A stretch of DNA of 48,575 nt, taken from sequence record SRR31156797_6029, one strand, 5' to 3'. Below the pieces are notes generated by a model. It saw nothing but the letters and a program-made list of their open reading frames with translations, did no database searches and had not been told where the DNA came from. A program made the translations under genes and the position numbers. Below, piece after piece: positions 36,254-45,625 of this stretch. How positions within the stretch are numbered: the stretch's first letter is position 1; every line of letters begins with the position of its first letter.

Positions 36254-38227
36254 CTAGCCGGGGAGCACTTGATAACTTTGTCCTGCGTATAGTCCGTAGA
36301 GCGCCCATGCTCCGCCCATGAGAAAATCTCCCATGATCAGGCCGAAGAAAAGGTAACGGACCCTTTTAAACAGTCCCACTCCGCCATAGCGCAGGGTCAG
36401 CTGGTTGCAGACCCAGCCGAGGAAAAAGCTGAACCAGAGGATTTTCATGGCTGAGCTGTAGGCGGTCAGGTAACCAATGGGATGCAGCGGCCACCACGGC
36501 AGTCTGTTATATGCCAGTATCAGTGCGAACATAACAACTGCCCCCACTGTGGCGAAGGTGCTTACCCAGTGTGAAGTTGCTGCGGGTTCCTGTATTATGC
36601 GTACCACGTTATCGTAGACGTTCATGGATGTGCGGGTAGCCCAGTCCAGCTGCAATTCGCGGATACCGTATTTGTAGCAGACCATGAGCATGGCCCCGAA
36701 TGAGACTATTACACCCAGTAGCAGGATGATGGTTATGCCGAGCAGGAACAATCGCTTATTTTTGATCCATTCATTGATCTTGGAACCGTGCACTAGTGAA
36801 GGCATGAGTGATTCCCTGAGGTCAACGAAAAGTATTTTTTGGCACATGGCGGTGATGGCAATTCCCACCGAGCCGAAGAATTTAGATCCGAAGATTGTAG
36901 TCACGCAGTCAATGGGGGCGGCTGTCAGGGTGAAGTAAGCGATACCGCCCTGACATATTGCCTTGGATGCTACCAGTGTGAAGACAAAGAAAGCCAGCAG
37001 AACCACCACAGCTACCAGTAGCGGGATACCGAAATATACGCACCATGCGGTGAGCAGCAGTCCGGAGACTGCGAGTCCCCAGAAAGAAAATCTAAGGGAC
37101 ATCCATTCGGCGTCACCACGTGTAGACTCTGCACCGAATGCTTCTTTAATTACCTGCTTGAGGTGCTGGCGGGCCAGCCAGATAATGAAGCAGAAAAATA
37201 CAAGATAAGCCCCGATCATCTGGGTTTCCTCGGGTCGGGTCAGGGTCGGTCCGAAGGTCACGCCCAGCGCGGAGGCGGGAATGTTCAGTCCGCCAGCACT
37301 CAGGATTCCATAGAACAATCCGCCGAGCAGAAAAAAGAACCAGAAGCTGAACGAAATCTGTCTTGAAGCCAGAAAGGCGAATCCCACAAAAGCGGGGTAA
37401 AAGTAAATTTTCAGTTTGTGGAAACCGGAGAACAACCCGGTTTTGGCAAAATATTTACCGGCCAGAATCAGAGTAGGTACTTCCGGTACCGAGGGGATGT
37501 AAAAATGCAGCCCGTTGATCAGATGCAGACAGATGCAGAATATCAGCCCGATCAGGAAGAATTTGTTACCGAGAAATGATCCGTACAACCCTTGATCCAT
37601 GGCTTCTTCCATGAAGCGAGGCAGCTGCAGCAGCGGGAAGTTCAAGCGTTCATTTTCTACCCATTGCCTGCTGAAAATATTGGTTAGGCAGAGCATCATG
37701 AAATAGCAGAGCAGGATGAATGCTCCCCACCACATGAGCGGAGTCAGCCACGAAGCCCAGGGGATGGAATTGAATATTTCAAGGTTGTCCATGAACGGAC
37801 CGCCCTTGATGCCGTTATAGAGTTGTTCCACCGCTTTGGGGTCGGTTGGATGCAGTGCCTCAGGCAGTAGCGGCTGCAGCACTTCCTTCCACCTGTTGCC
37901 GATGGTGGCAAAGTGAAAGGGCGCGGTCAGGTTGATGAAAAATGTTCTGGCCAGTCCTGTGTAGGAAATACCGGAGACAATGACCATAAGAATCCACATG
38001 GTCATCAGGTCCAGTCCGGTCAGCAACGGGTGCGAGCGCAGTAGCTTGCGATGCAGCGCGCAGATTGCGGTCAACCATGCCAGTATGAAGAACGGGGCCA
38101 GCGGGAAATGTCCCCCGGCCAGCGGAGTCGCGTTCAAGTAGGTGTTGTTGAAAGGTGTGAAAGCGCAGATGAGCAGCCCGAAGAGGGTACCCAGCAGAAT
38201 CGCTCTTTTCCTTATTCTTCCATGCAT
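36254..38227 (-). CDS. DUF6785/DUF6784-type polytopic membrane protein, related to the downstream OPT-like transporter
   Basis: 657 aa, highly hydrophobic, with IPWASWLTPL, RQWVENERLNFPL, WWPLHPIG, RYGG...F.GLIMGD. Confidence 0.72.
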   Translation of the reverse strand: MHGRIRKRAILLGTLFGLLICAFTPFNNTYLNATPLAGGHFPLAPFFILAWLTAICALHRKLLRSHPLLTGLDLMTMWILMVIVSGISYTGLARTFFINLTAPFHFATIGNRWKEVLQPLLPEALHPTDPKAVEQLYNGIKGGPFMDNLEIFNSIPWASWLTPLMWWGAFILLCYFMMLCLTNIFSRQWVENERLNFPLLQLPRFMEEAMDQGLYGSFLGNKFFLIGLIFCICLHLINGLHFYIPSVPEVPTLILAGKYFAKTGLFSGFHKLKIYFYPAFVGFAFLASRQISFSFWFFFLLGGLFYGILSAGGLNIPASALGVTFGPTLTRPEETQMIGAYLVFFCFIIWLARQHLKQVIKEAFGAESTRGDAEWMSLRFSFWGLAVSGLLLTAWCVYFGIPLLVAVVVLLAFFVFTLVASKAICQGGIAYFTLTAAPIDCVTTIFGSKFFGSVGIAITAMCQKILFVDLRESLMPSLVHGSKINEWIKNKRLFLLGITIILLLGVIVSFGAMLMVCYKYGIRELQLDWATRTSMNVYDNVVRIIQEPAATSHWVSTFATVGAVVMFALILAYNRLPWWPLHPIGYLTAYSSAMKILWFSFFLGWVCNQLTLRYGGVGLFKRVRYLFFGLIMGDFLMGGAWALYGLYAGQSYQVLPG

Positions 38228-38244
38228 CTGAGGAATCCTTATAT

Positions 38245-41200
38245 TTAAAGGTCTGCAAGCTTTTTGCTAGTATTCAGTCCGGTAAAACCAAAGGCCATCA
38301 TTTCCGGTACTTTTTCGCGGAAGCTCTTTTGTTTTTCCGGATCAAGTGAACGCCAGACTAAGAATTGCTTCCTGATGGCGTTGATGAAGTCTTTGTTAAG
38401 TCGTTTCCATGCTCCAATCTCTCCAGACTCGCGAGTGATGAACAGAACTGCTTCAAGGAATTGTGGATGTGCCTTGGCTGGTCTGAAGCGGAGTTCGACC
38501 ATCTGTTTTACACCGAAATCAAAGGGAGCCAGCCAGACCCGCACGTTGAAACGGAAACAGGTGATGTGGTCCGGGCAGCCTTCCAGCAGGTCACAGACCG
38601 ATTCCGGCAAAGGTTCCTGACTGAAGTTAACTTCGATTTCTGAAGTCGAAAACAATCCATGGGAGACTTCAGTATGCGATTCAAGGTATTCAAGCAGGAA
38701 GCCACCTGCATCTTGTTGCTCGGCATGTTTGAGCAGGAAAGGCAGGGGGGCCTCGATGGTGTTGGTGTCGGTATCCGGCATTTTCCAGGAACGGTTAACG
38801 TCCGGGATGGCTATGTTTGCCGCTACCTTGGAGGGATAAATGACCGAGATAAGGGTTACGGCAATGACCAGCAGCATTGCAGCTACTCCTGCCATAGACG
38901 AATAGTTGGCGGTCATGCCTGCCCAGAGAGGAGTCCCGGCCAGCAGGCCCGAAGCTGTCTGAGCTATCAGGTAACCGACCACCACACTGATTACTGCAAA
39001 GGCGATGGCCTCGGCAATGAACAGGAATGAAACGTGGGTCGGGGCCATACCGATAGAAGTATAGACTGCGATTTCTTTTTTGCGTTCGTAAACACTGGTA
39101 ATCATGGTGTTAAGAACGATCAGAGCGGAAATGATCAATGGGATCATTATGTTGCCCATTCCCGAATAATTCATGGTGTCCGAGGACTGGCAAATGTAGG
39201 TGCCGCTTGTGTCGCAGGCGAATATAGGCAGTCCGTACCGGTCAGTCATGTTGTCTACTGTTTCCGTGGAGAACTTTCCTGATACAGGTGCGATTGCCAC
39301 TGCCTTGAGGTTTCCGCCCATGGCCATGAGAGTTTCATAGGGAATGATGGCGGTAACTTCTCCGGGCACATGGGTATAGCGTCCTTGAAAGGTGTCGATA
39401 TCTTCGCCGGATTCAATGGCTTCAGCCTCAACTTCGCTCAGTTCCTGTGCTGCGGCGGAGGGGAAGATGACCGGAGTCATAGGTTCGCCGTCAAGGTCAG
39501 TGTGTTCGCTGAATTTTTTGCCGTCAAAGATACCTGTGAGCGTGAATTTGCTGCCCCACACATTCACCATATCTCCGGCGGATGCACCGAGGCGGGAGGC
39601 CATCTTTTGTGAAAGCAAGATCTGGTTGGTCTTGTTGGGTGCAAGCCATTTGCCATCTACAAGGATATTATCAATGCCGCTGACATGCGGTTCCATGGCT
39701 CCAAGCCCCACGAGCCCTTTGACTTCTTCCTGTTTGTTACCGAAGCTGACCGGAGTTACTGCGGATGTTGTCTTGTCCTTCAACTCCATCCAACCGCGCG
39801 GAGCCACAATGCCGTTTTCATCAAAATCGTTGCTGACAATGCCCAGTGTTTCTCGGGGTAGGTCGTGCCAGCCTAAATTTTTCATGAACAGGCCGTGGTA
39901 GGGCATGTTGTCGCTGAATTTTACGTATGTATGCTCGCGCAGTGATTTTACCGCGGTAAAGCTCATGATGGTGAAAGTCAGGATGGTCAAGGTCAAACAG
40001 GTCAGGAAAGTCCTGAGCTTTCTGCGGCGCAGGTTGCTGACCCCGATAACAAAGGCAGAAGTGAAGGCCTTCCATTTGCTGATTTCCGAGGTCTGGGTTT
40101 TATGTGCCCGCTGCTGGAGCAGGATCATTTCTTTTTCAAAGCGGAAGAAAATGATCAGCGAAACCATGACTGAGAGTCCGAGAATAAAGAAGGCCAGAAT
40201 TACAACCATGGGGCTGTAAGTCAGTTCAAATGCCGGATGTACGGAGTAGATGACCGCGATAACTGCCGAAAGGATCGCCAGAAATCCGATGATTCTTTTG
40301 TGGATATCCGCGAACGAAAAGATCAGCCTTTCCATGCAGTATGCAAAAGGAATAAACAGGGCGATGTAAAAGAGAACACCGACTAGTACGTCCTTTTGGG
40401 TCTGGTCCACGTCAAGGTAGACTTTGGAGGCCAGCGCCCACGCACTGCGGGCATTGGTCATAAAATCGTCATAACGGCGCTCTTTCCATGCTGTTTCAGC
40501 ATCTGCGAGGGCCTTGGTGCCTTTTTGCTCCAGATTTCTGATCTGCTGGTTTACGATTCCATGTGATTCAAGGTTTTTGATACGGGGATCAAGCAGGGTC
40601 CACATATCCTTTGCCGCGCGATAGTCGGTAGCCGGGATAATGGGCCATTCCTTGAGGTTGTATCCTTTACCTGCCGGATCATTAGGTTTGGATTGGATGA
40701 GGATCATTTTCCGATTCAGAACCGAATCAGAGAGAGTCATCTTCAGCGGAACATCCGGCTCAAGAAAGACACTGGCAATGGTTGATGATCGGGTATCAAT
40801 ACGGCTGTACCAGTAATGCATAGGCGTAGCATCGCGGGTACCGTCCAGTACTTCTACCTTGGTCATATAGCGGAAGGTACGTGGGGTCAGCAGATCGAAC
40901 AGGGTTGTCTGACGGCAGCCGAACATGACCAGCTTGGTTTCCATATCCAGCCTGCGCATTTTCAGCCTGTAGGAATTTTTTCCGGTCTGTTCTTTATCAA
41001 TGGCCCAGATAATCCTGCCGTCATCATTGTACTTATAGCCTTCGATAATCAGCTTGGACTGGACCAGCTTTTTAGAGGCAACTCCTTTGTACTTGAAGTC
41101 TCCTTCTGAATCGGACAGGGCGTAAAATCTGGTTTTACCCTGAAAAGCCATGAATACGGCTTCGGGTGCGGGCTGGTCCGCGAAAAGTTCACCCTGACGG

Positions 41201-43113
41201 ATAAAACGGGCCTTGCCGTTGACCATGGCATAGCCTTTACGCGGCAGCTTGGAGGTCAAGGGGCCTTCGCTGTTTGAAATCTTACGAATCAGACCTTCGG
41301 TCAGTTCGGCTTGTTTGTCGATGTTATCCCAGTTGACATTTTCAACGGTATCAAAAGGGGTGCCCCAATATTCCCGTCCGTCGTTTACTGTGGCAAAGGT
41401 GAACCCGAGTTTACCGGACATGGTGGCTACTTCACTGCTGAATTGCGGTTTGTCGAGCAGCCATGTCTGCCAGGGGCGGGTGCGGTCCGGGCGCAGGGTG
41501 TCTTTGTACATCCCGTCTGTGCCAGTCAGTTTTTCCACTTCCGGTACAGCGTCTTCAAGGATGTCATTGATGCGGGAAAATGTGCGTGAAAGATTGATTC
41601 TCGGGCGGAGTTCGTAGAACCAGCCTTCTCCAAAGGCCCCGACGCCTTCTCCATGGCTGGAAAGATGCAGGGATACGGCGCAGACCATTTCTTTGGAGCG
41701 TACGATCTTGCGTAACTCACGGGCACTTTTGACTGCTGTGAGTTGTTGTTTGATGTCCTGTTTGGTATTGAGGACTTTTTCCTTTACTTGAGGAAAAAGG
41801 TCCTTAACCGCTGCCATTTCTTCAGAAGGCAGGGTGGAGTAATCAGTTTTCCATGAAATACGGCGCAGGAGTTTACGTTTGTCATCCAGCTTGGTGATAG
41901 CGTCCTGATCAGCATTTTCCTGCAACCTGAGCTGCATGAGCTTTTTGCTGACAATGTCCACTTCATCTTTAATCTGGTTCTTCAGGGTTTCGTAGAGCAA
42001 AGCGAACAGTTTTGGATTCTCAATGGCAAGTTTTGTTGCCAGTGGATTATCCAGTTCCAGTCCGTCAAGGATTTTGGATGCATCATTTTTTTTATTGCGT
42101 AGCTCCACCTTGATCTTTTTGAGAGTTTTGCTCTTTCCGGAAACAGCGGATGCATATTCCCTTATACCGCGCAGGGACTGGCCATGTCCAGTTGTTGCCA
42201 GTAGTAGTACTGAACGCTTAGGCGGATTTGCAGCCATCTTTTTACCGATTTCAAGGAGCGATGCAATGGAAAGAGCTTCATCAGCTCCCGGTGAATTACC
42301 CATGACGTAGGCAGAGCTGTCGTAAAAAGCTTCAATTACGATCAGTTCTTCACTCATTTCCGGGTCACTGCCTTGAATCATGCAGTAGACATTTTCTGCT
42401 TCAATACGTTCCCATTTGCTGTGGGATTTAAGCTCTCCAGATTCGGCAATAAGTTTATTTCCGATTCCTGCATCAAAGCCCAGTTCATTGAGTGCTTCTT
42501 CAGCACTCATGTAGTAGCGGGGAAAATCCAGAGGTGAAAGTTCGAGTTTTTCTTCGAAAAAGCCTTTCAAGGTTGGTCCATTATCAACATAGATAAGGGC
42601 CGATGCTCCGAGGCTGGCTGCATTTAGCCAGTTTTTGCCGGAATCTATGTCCATAAGCACAATGGCATCTTTGACCGGAAGTCCGTTAAAGTCATCAAGA
42701 CTTCCTTTTCCCACATAGATTACCGGACCGCTTAAACCTTCCGCAGGTGTTGCTGGCGGGGAAATAGCATTGAATTTAGCCGGTTTGATACTGATCTGTT
42801 TTCCATTTGATATACTGAAAACAGTTTTGGAAACAGTCATAGCCGGAGCGAGAAAAAGGTGCTTCCCGGTTTTGAAATCACCCAGCTCCTCAAATTTCAT
42901 TTCAATATAATCCGCAGCTCTTCTTGCTCCCGGAGAACCAAAAGAACGGTCGCCGAAAGATGCAAGATCTGTGATGGTCTGCTGGATGGATTCTGCGGAA
43001 CAATAAGCCTTGCCGGGTGTTCCTGCGCAGAACATCAGTAGTGCTGCCAGCAGAAATATTACAATTCTGCTGTGGCGGTGCGGAAATCTATTATTAGATG
43101 ACAGTATGGACAT
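38245..43113 (-). CDS. Giant fusion: signal peptide, M28-peptidase-like and PA domains, TM bundle, MacB-like periplasmic domain and FtsX permease domain
   Basis: DRSFGSPGARRAADYI (M28 N-terminus), PVIYVGKG...DAIVLMD (PA), ENV...AFYDS...PGADE, NLRRRKLRTFLT (MacB TM1 lead-in), SVYERKKEIAVYTSIG...EAIAFA (FtsX). Confidence 0.82.
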   Translation of the reverse strand: MSILSSNNRFPHRHSRIVIFLLAALLMFCAGTPGKAYCSAESIQQTITDLASFGDRSFGSPGARRAADYIEMKFEELGDFKTGKHLFLAPAMTVSKTVFSISNGKQISIKPAKFNAISPPATPAEGLSGPVIYVGKGSLDDFNGLPVKDAIVLMDIDSGKNWLNAASLGASALIYVDNGPTLKGFFEEKLELSPLDFPRYYMSAEEALNELGFDAGIGNKLIAESGELKSHSKWERIEAENVYCMIQGSDPEMSEELIVIEAFYDSSAYVMGNSPGADEALSIASLLEIGKKMAANPPKRSVLLLATTGHGQSLRGIREYASAVSGKSKTLKKIKVELRNKKNDASKILDGLELDNPLATKLAIENPKLFALLYETLKNQIKDEVDIVSKKLMQLRLQENADQDAITKLDDKRKLLRRISWKTDYSTLPSEEMAAVKDLFPQVKEKVLNTKQDIKQQLTAVKSARELRKIVRSKEMVCAVSLHLSSHGEGVGAFGEGWFYELRPRINLSRTFSRINDILEDAVPEVEKLTGTDGMYKDTLRPDRTRPWQTWLLDKPQFSSEVATMSGKLGFTFATVNDGREYWGTPFDTVENVNWDNIDKQAELTEGLIRKISNSEGPLTSKLPRKGYAMVNGKARFIRQGELFADQPAPEAVFMAFQGKTRFYALSDSEGDFKYKGVASKKLVQSKLIIEGYKYNDDGRIIWAIDKEQTGKNSYRLKMRRLDMETKLVMFGCRQTTLFDLLTPRTFRYMTKVEVLDGTRDATPMHYWYSRIDTRSSTIASVFLEPDVPLKMTLSDSVLNRKMILIQSKPNDPAGKGYNLKEWPIIPATDYRAAKDMWTLLDPRIKNLESHGIVNQQIRNLEQKGTKALADAETAWKERRYDDFMTNARSAWALASKVYLDVDQTQKDVLVGVLFYIALFIPFAYCMERLIFSFADIHKRIIGFLAILSAVIAVIYSVHPAFELTYSPMVVILAFFILGLSVMVSLIIFFRFEKEMILLQQRAHKTQTSEISKWKAFTSAFVIGVSNLRRRKLRTFLTCLTLTILTFTIMSFTAVKSLREHTYVKFSDNMPYHGLFMKNLGWHDLPRETLGIVSNDFDENGIVAPRGWMELKDKTTSAVTPVSFGNKQEEVKGLVGLGAMEPHVSGIDNILVDGKWLAPNKTNQILLSQKMASRLGASAGDMVNVWGSKFTLTGIFDGKKFSEHTDLDGEPMTPVIFPSAAAQELSEVEAEAIESGEDIDTFQGRYTHVPGEVTAIIPYETLMAMGGNLKAVAIAPVSGKFSTETVDNMTDRYGLPIFACDTSGTYICQSSDTMNYSGMGNIMIPLIISALIVLNTMITSVYERKKEIAVYTSIGMAPTHVSFLFIAEAIAFAVISVVVGYLIAQTASGLLAGTPLWAGMTANYSSMAGVAAMLLVIAVTLISVIYPSKVAANIAIPDVNRSWKMPDTDTNTIEAPLPFLLKHAEQQDAGGFLLEYLESHTEVSHGLFSTSEIEVNFSQEPLPESVCDLLEGCPDHITCFRFNVRVWLAPFDFGVKQMVELRFRPAKAHPQFLEAVLFITRESGEIGAWKRLNKDFINAIRKQFLVWRSLDPEKQKSFREKVPEMMAFGFTGLNTSKKLADL

Positions 43114-43132
43114 TAACGGGTGCCTCCGGTGA

Positions 43133-43867
43133 TCAGGCCATGCGGATGCAGCCCACGTCGATGTTGAGCTGGTCGCGGTGTTCGATTTTTTTGATCAGTC
43201 CGTCTTCGATCCAGACAACCCGGTCAGAGGCGTTGAGCATTTTATAGTCGTGAGTTGCGGTGATGATGGTCACCCCGCGTTCCTTGCTCAGCTCATTCAT
43301 TAGTTTAATGATTTCCTCTCCGGTGGAAAGGTCGAGGTTCCCGGTTGGTTCGTCCGCAAGGATGATGGCCGGGTCGTTGGCCAGCGATCTTGCAATGGCC
43401 ACGCGCTGCTGCTGGCCTCCGGAAAGTTCCTGCGGTTTGTGGTTGTAGCGTTTGTGGAGTCCGACGAGATCGAGCAGTTCAATGCCTTTGGCGACTGCCG
43501 CGTCGTTGTGCACCCCGGCGAAGATCATGGGCAGGGTTATATTTTCCAGCGCGGTCATTACCTGAATAAGGTTGAAGGTCTGGAAGATGTAGCCGATTTT
43601 GCGGTTACGCAGCCAGGCTAGTTCAAAGGCATCCAACTGGGCGATATCCACTTCATCGATATAGACCTTGCCTTCTGATGGTTTATCCAGTCCCCCGATC
43701 ATGTTGAAGAGGGTGGATTTACCGGATCCGGAAGGTCCCATGATGGAAAGGTATTCCCCGGCATAGATTTCAAGATCCACTCCTTTGAGGGCCTGAACAT
43801 CAGTGTTGCCGAGTTTGAAATTGCGTTTAACTCCGGTCACCCGGACGATGGTGTGCTGGTCGGCCAT
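43133..43867 (-). CDS. ABC transporter ATP-binding protein, LolD/MacB type
   Basis: [51 protein letters not shown]. Confidence 0.95.
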   Translation of the reverse strand: MADQHTIVRVTGVKRNFKLGNTDVQALKGVDLEIYAGEYLSIMGPSGSGKSTLFNMIGGLDKPSEGKVYIDEVDIAQLDAFELAWLRNRKIGYIFQTFNLIQVMTALENITLPMIFAGVHNDAAVAKGIELLDLVGLHKRYNHKPQELSGGQQQRVAIARSLANDPAIILADEPTGNLDLSTGEEIIKLMNELSKERGVTIITATHDYKMLNASDRVVWIEDGLIKKIEHRDQLNIDVGCIRMA

Positions 43868-43932
43868 AACTCTCGCCTTTTTATATAATTTAAGTTGTTG
43901 TTCTGTTTTAAATTTATTCGTCTGTTTGGAGT

Positions 43933-44610
43933 TTATTCTTCGGTCCGCATGGCCTCGATGGGGCGCATGCGTGCAGCAATAAAAGCCGGGTAAAGTACAC
44001 CCAGCAGGCTTAAGCCGAAGCCCACGCCAATGGAGTAAAGGAGTGACATACTGACCTCATCAAGGGGCAGCATGGTCAAAGCATCGAATCCGAAGCGGAG
44101 CATGCCCACTAGGATAGCGATGATTGCTCCGAACATGGAGCCGAGCAATGCTCCGGCTGTCCCCTGCATGGATGCTTCGAGCAGAAATAGGCGCAGCACG
44201 AAGCTGTCCAGTGCGCCAAGGCATTTCATGGTCCCGATTTCGCGGAACCGTTCGGTAACGGCCATCAGCTGGGCGTTGATGATACCCACTGTGCAGACCA
44301 ATAGTGAAAGGATGACAATCCAGCGTTCCTTGGCACTACCTCCAGGTTCATAGCCGGTTTTGTCCAGTATCTTGACCAGGCTGGAGTCGCCTGAATGGTA
44401 GAGTCCGCTGGAAATATCCGCCCCCACGAGAACGTAAGCCAGAAAGGAGACCGCCAGAATTAAACTGGTCACGGTTACCATGTTTCGTAAGAACCTTGAT
44501 TTCAGGCTTTTCAGGCTGATTTCAAAAGATTTTTTAAAGGGCAGAACTACTTGCGCGGCGATGTCCGGCTGCGCGTTCTGAGCTTGGAATGGAATTCTAT
44601 TTTTCGACAT
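43933..44610 (-). CDS. Minimal FtsX/MacB-family ABC permease (four TMs, almost no periplasmic domain)
   Basis: KSLKSRFLRN, GIINAQLMAVTERFREIGTMKCLGA, LYPAFIAARMRPIEAMR. Confidence 0.88.
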   Translation of the reverse strand: MSKNRIPFQAQNAQPDIAAQVVLPFKKSFEISLKSLKSRFLRNMVTVTSLILAVSFLAYVLVGADISSGLYHSGDSSLVKILDKTGYEPGGSAKERWIVILSLLVCTVGIINAQLMAVTERFREIGTMKCLGALDSFVLRLFLLEASMQGTAGALLGSMFGAIIAILVGMLRFGFDALTMLPLDEVSMSLLYSIGVGFGLSLLGVLYPAFIAARMRPIEAMRTEE

Positions 44611-44839
44611 GTCTTGCTCGGTAGATATGAATGTATCTGAGTCTCATGATTCGACCCCGTGAACCATGAGTGAATAATTAGCGTAAGCTATTTATAAATA
44701 ACTGAAACGGGCTGAAATGCAAAGGGAAAATGCAAAGATTGGCACTACTTCGCCATTAGAAACCCCAATTGTGAGGGATATACAGCAAAATATGCCATCA
44801 ATGCATTACGATGTGGTAATTTTGATTACAAATGTGTAA

Positions 44840-45625
44840 TTAAAATATGTTCCGGATGTCTTTAACGCGCAGTCCGGAAGTATTGTTTATTTTACCGAGC
44901 AGGTAATGGAGGAAAAGTTGGGATGTTTTATTCATCCGCTGATGGTGGAGCATGAATCCTGCACAGCCTGATTTTACAGCATCAATCATCAGGGATTGCA
45001 GGGTTTTCAACCCTTGTTCAGGAGTTGATCCTTTTACTGTGTGCAGGTCAATATTAACCGGAACGTCTGGTAGATCCTGAGGCGGTTGCGGGGAAACATT
45101 GGTGCTTCTTGACATCGCATTAAAGCCTAGTTCAACAAGACTGTCCATTGTTTCTGCTGAGCAGCGGTTCCATGGCGGGGTGAATATGGGACTGAAATGA
45201 TCGCCCAGCAGTTTGCCGAGCTTGTCTTTGCCCCGGCTCAGTTCTCCGGTAATTATATCTTTATCACGCGAGGGCCCGAACTCGAATTTTTTGCCCGACT
45301 GCTCGTGATTTATGTGTCGGTAACCGTGCTGGTGTAGACACCATAGATTTAAGTCCGGTCCTAATTCAGTAAGTAGCGCATCTCGGCGCTGTTCATTCAG
45401 CCATGCCGGAACGACCGCTAATGCCAGCGGGGTCTTGTGCTTTTGAAATGCGTCAATCATGGCGGAAAGTTGTTTGCCTGGGTAACCGATATCGTCAGCC
45501 CTGAAGAAGACTTCACAACCATCTTGCGGAATGGCTTTGTTGAAGTCATCCCACCAAATATCAAAGGATTCTGTGAGGGTGGAAAGATGATTTTTCCAGA
45601 AAGCTGAAACGGGTCTGCCGGACAT
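44840..45625 (-). CDS. Polysaccharide deacetylase (NodB/CE4-like)
   Basis: FFRADD, LAVVP, HQHGYRH, FTPPWN, MLHH. TAATG coupling to the upstream gene. Confidence 0.85.
   Translation of the reverse strand: MSGRPVSAFWKNHLSTLTESFDIWWDDFNKAIPQDGCEVFFRADDIGYPGKQLSAMIDAFQKHKTPLALAVVPAWLNEQRRDALLTELGPDLNLWCLHQHGYRHINHEQSGKKFEFGPSRDKDIITGELSRGKDKLGKLLGDHFSPIFTPPWNRCSAETMDSLVELGFNAMSRSTNVSPQPPQDLPDVPVNIDLHTVKGSTPEQGLKTLQSLMIDAVKSGCAGFMLHHQRMNKTSQLFLHYLLGKINNTSGLRVKDIRNIF

Noticed and set aside
44740-44800. Sigma54-like motifs upstream of the transport operon (TGGCAC...CGC on plus; TGGCAT-ATT-TTGCT on minus)
   Set aside because: GG-to-GC spacing is 9 and 8 nt, not the strictly required 10.
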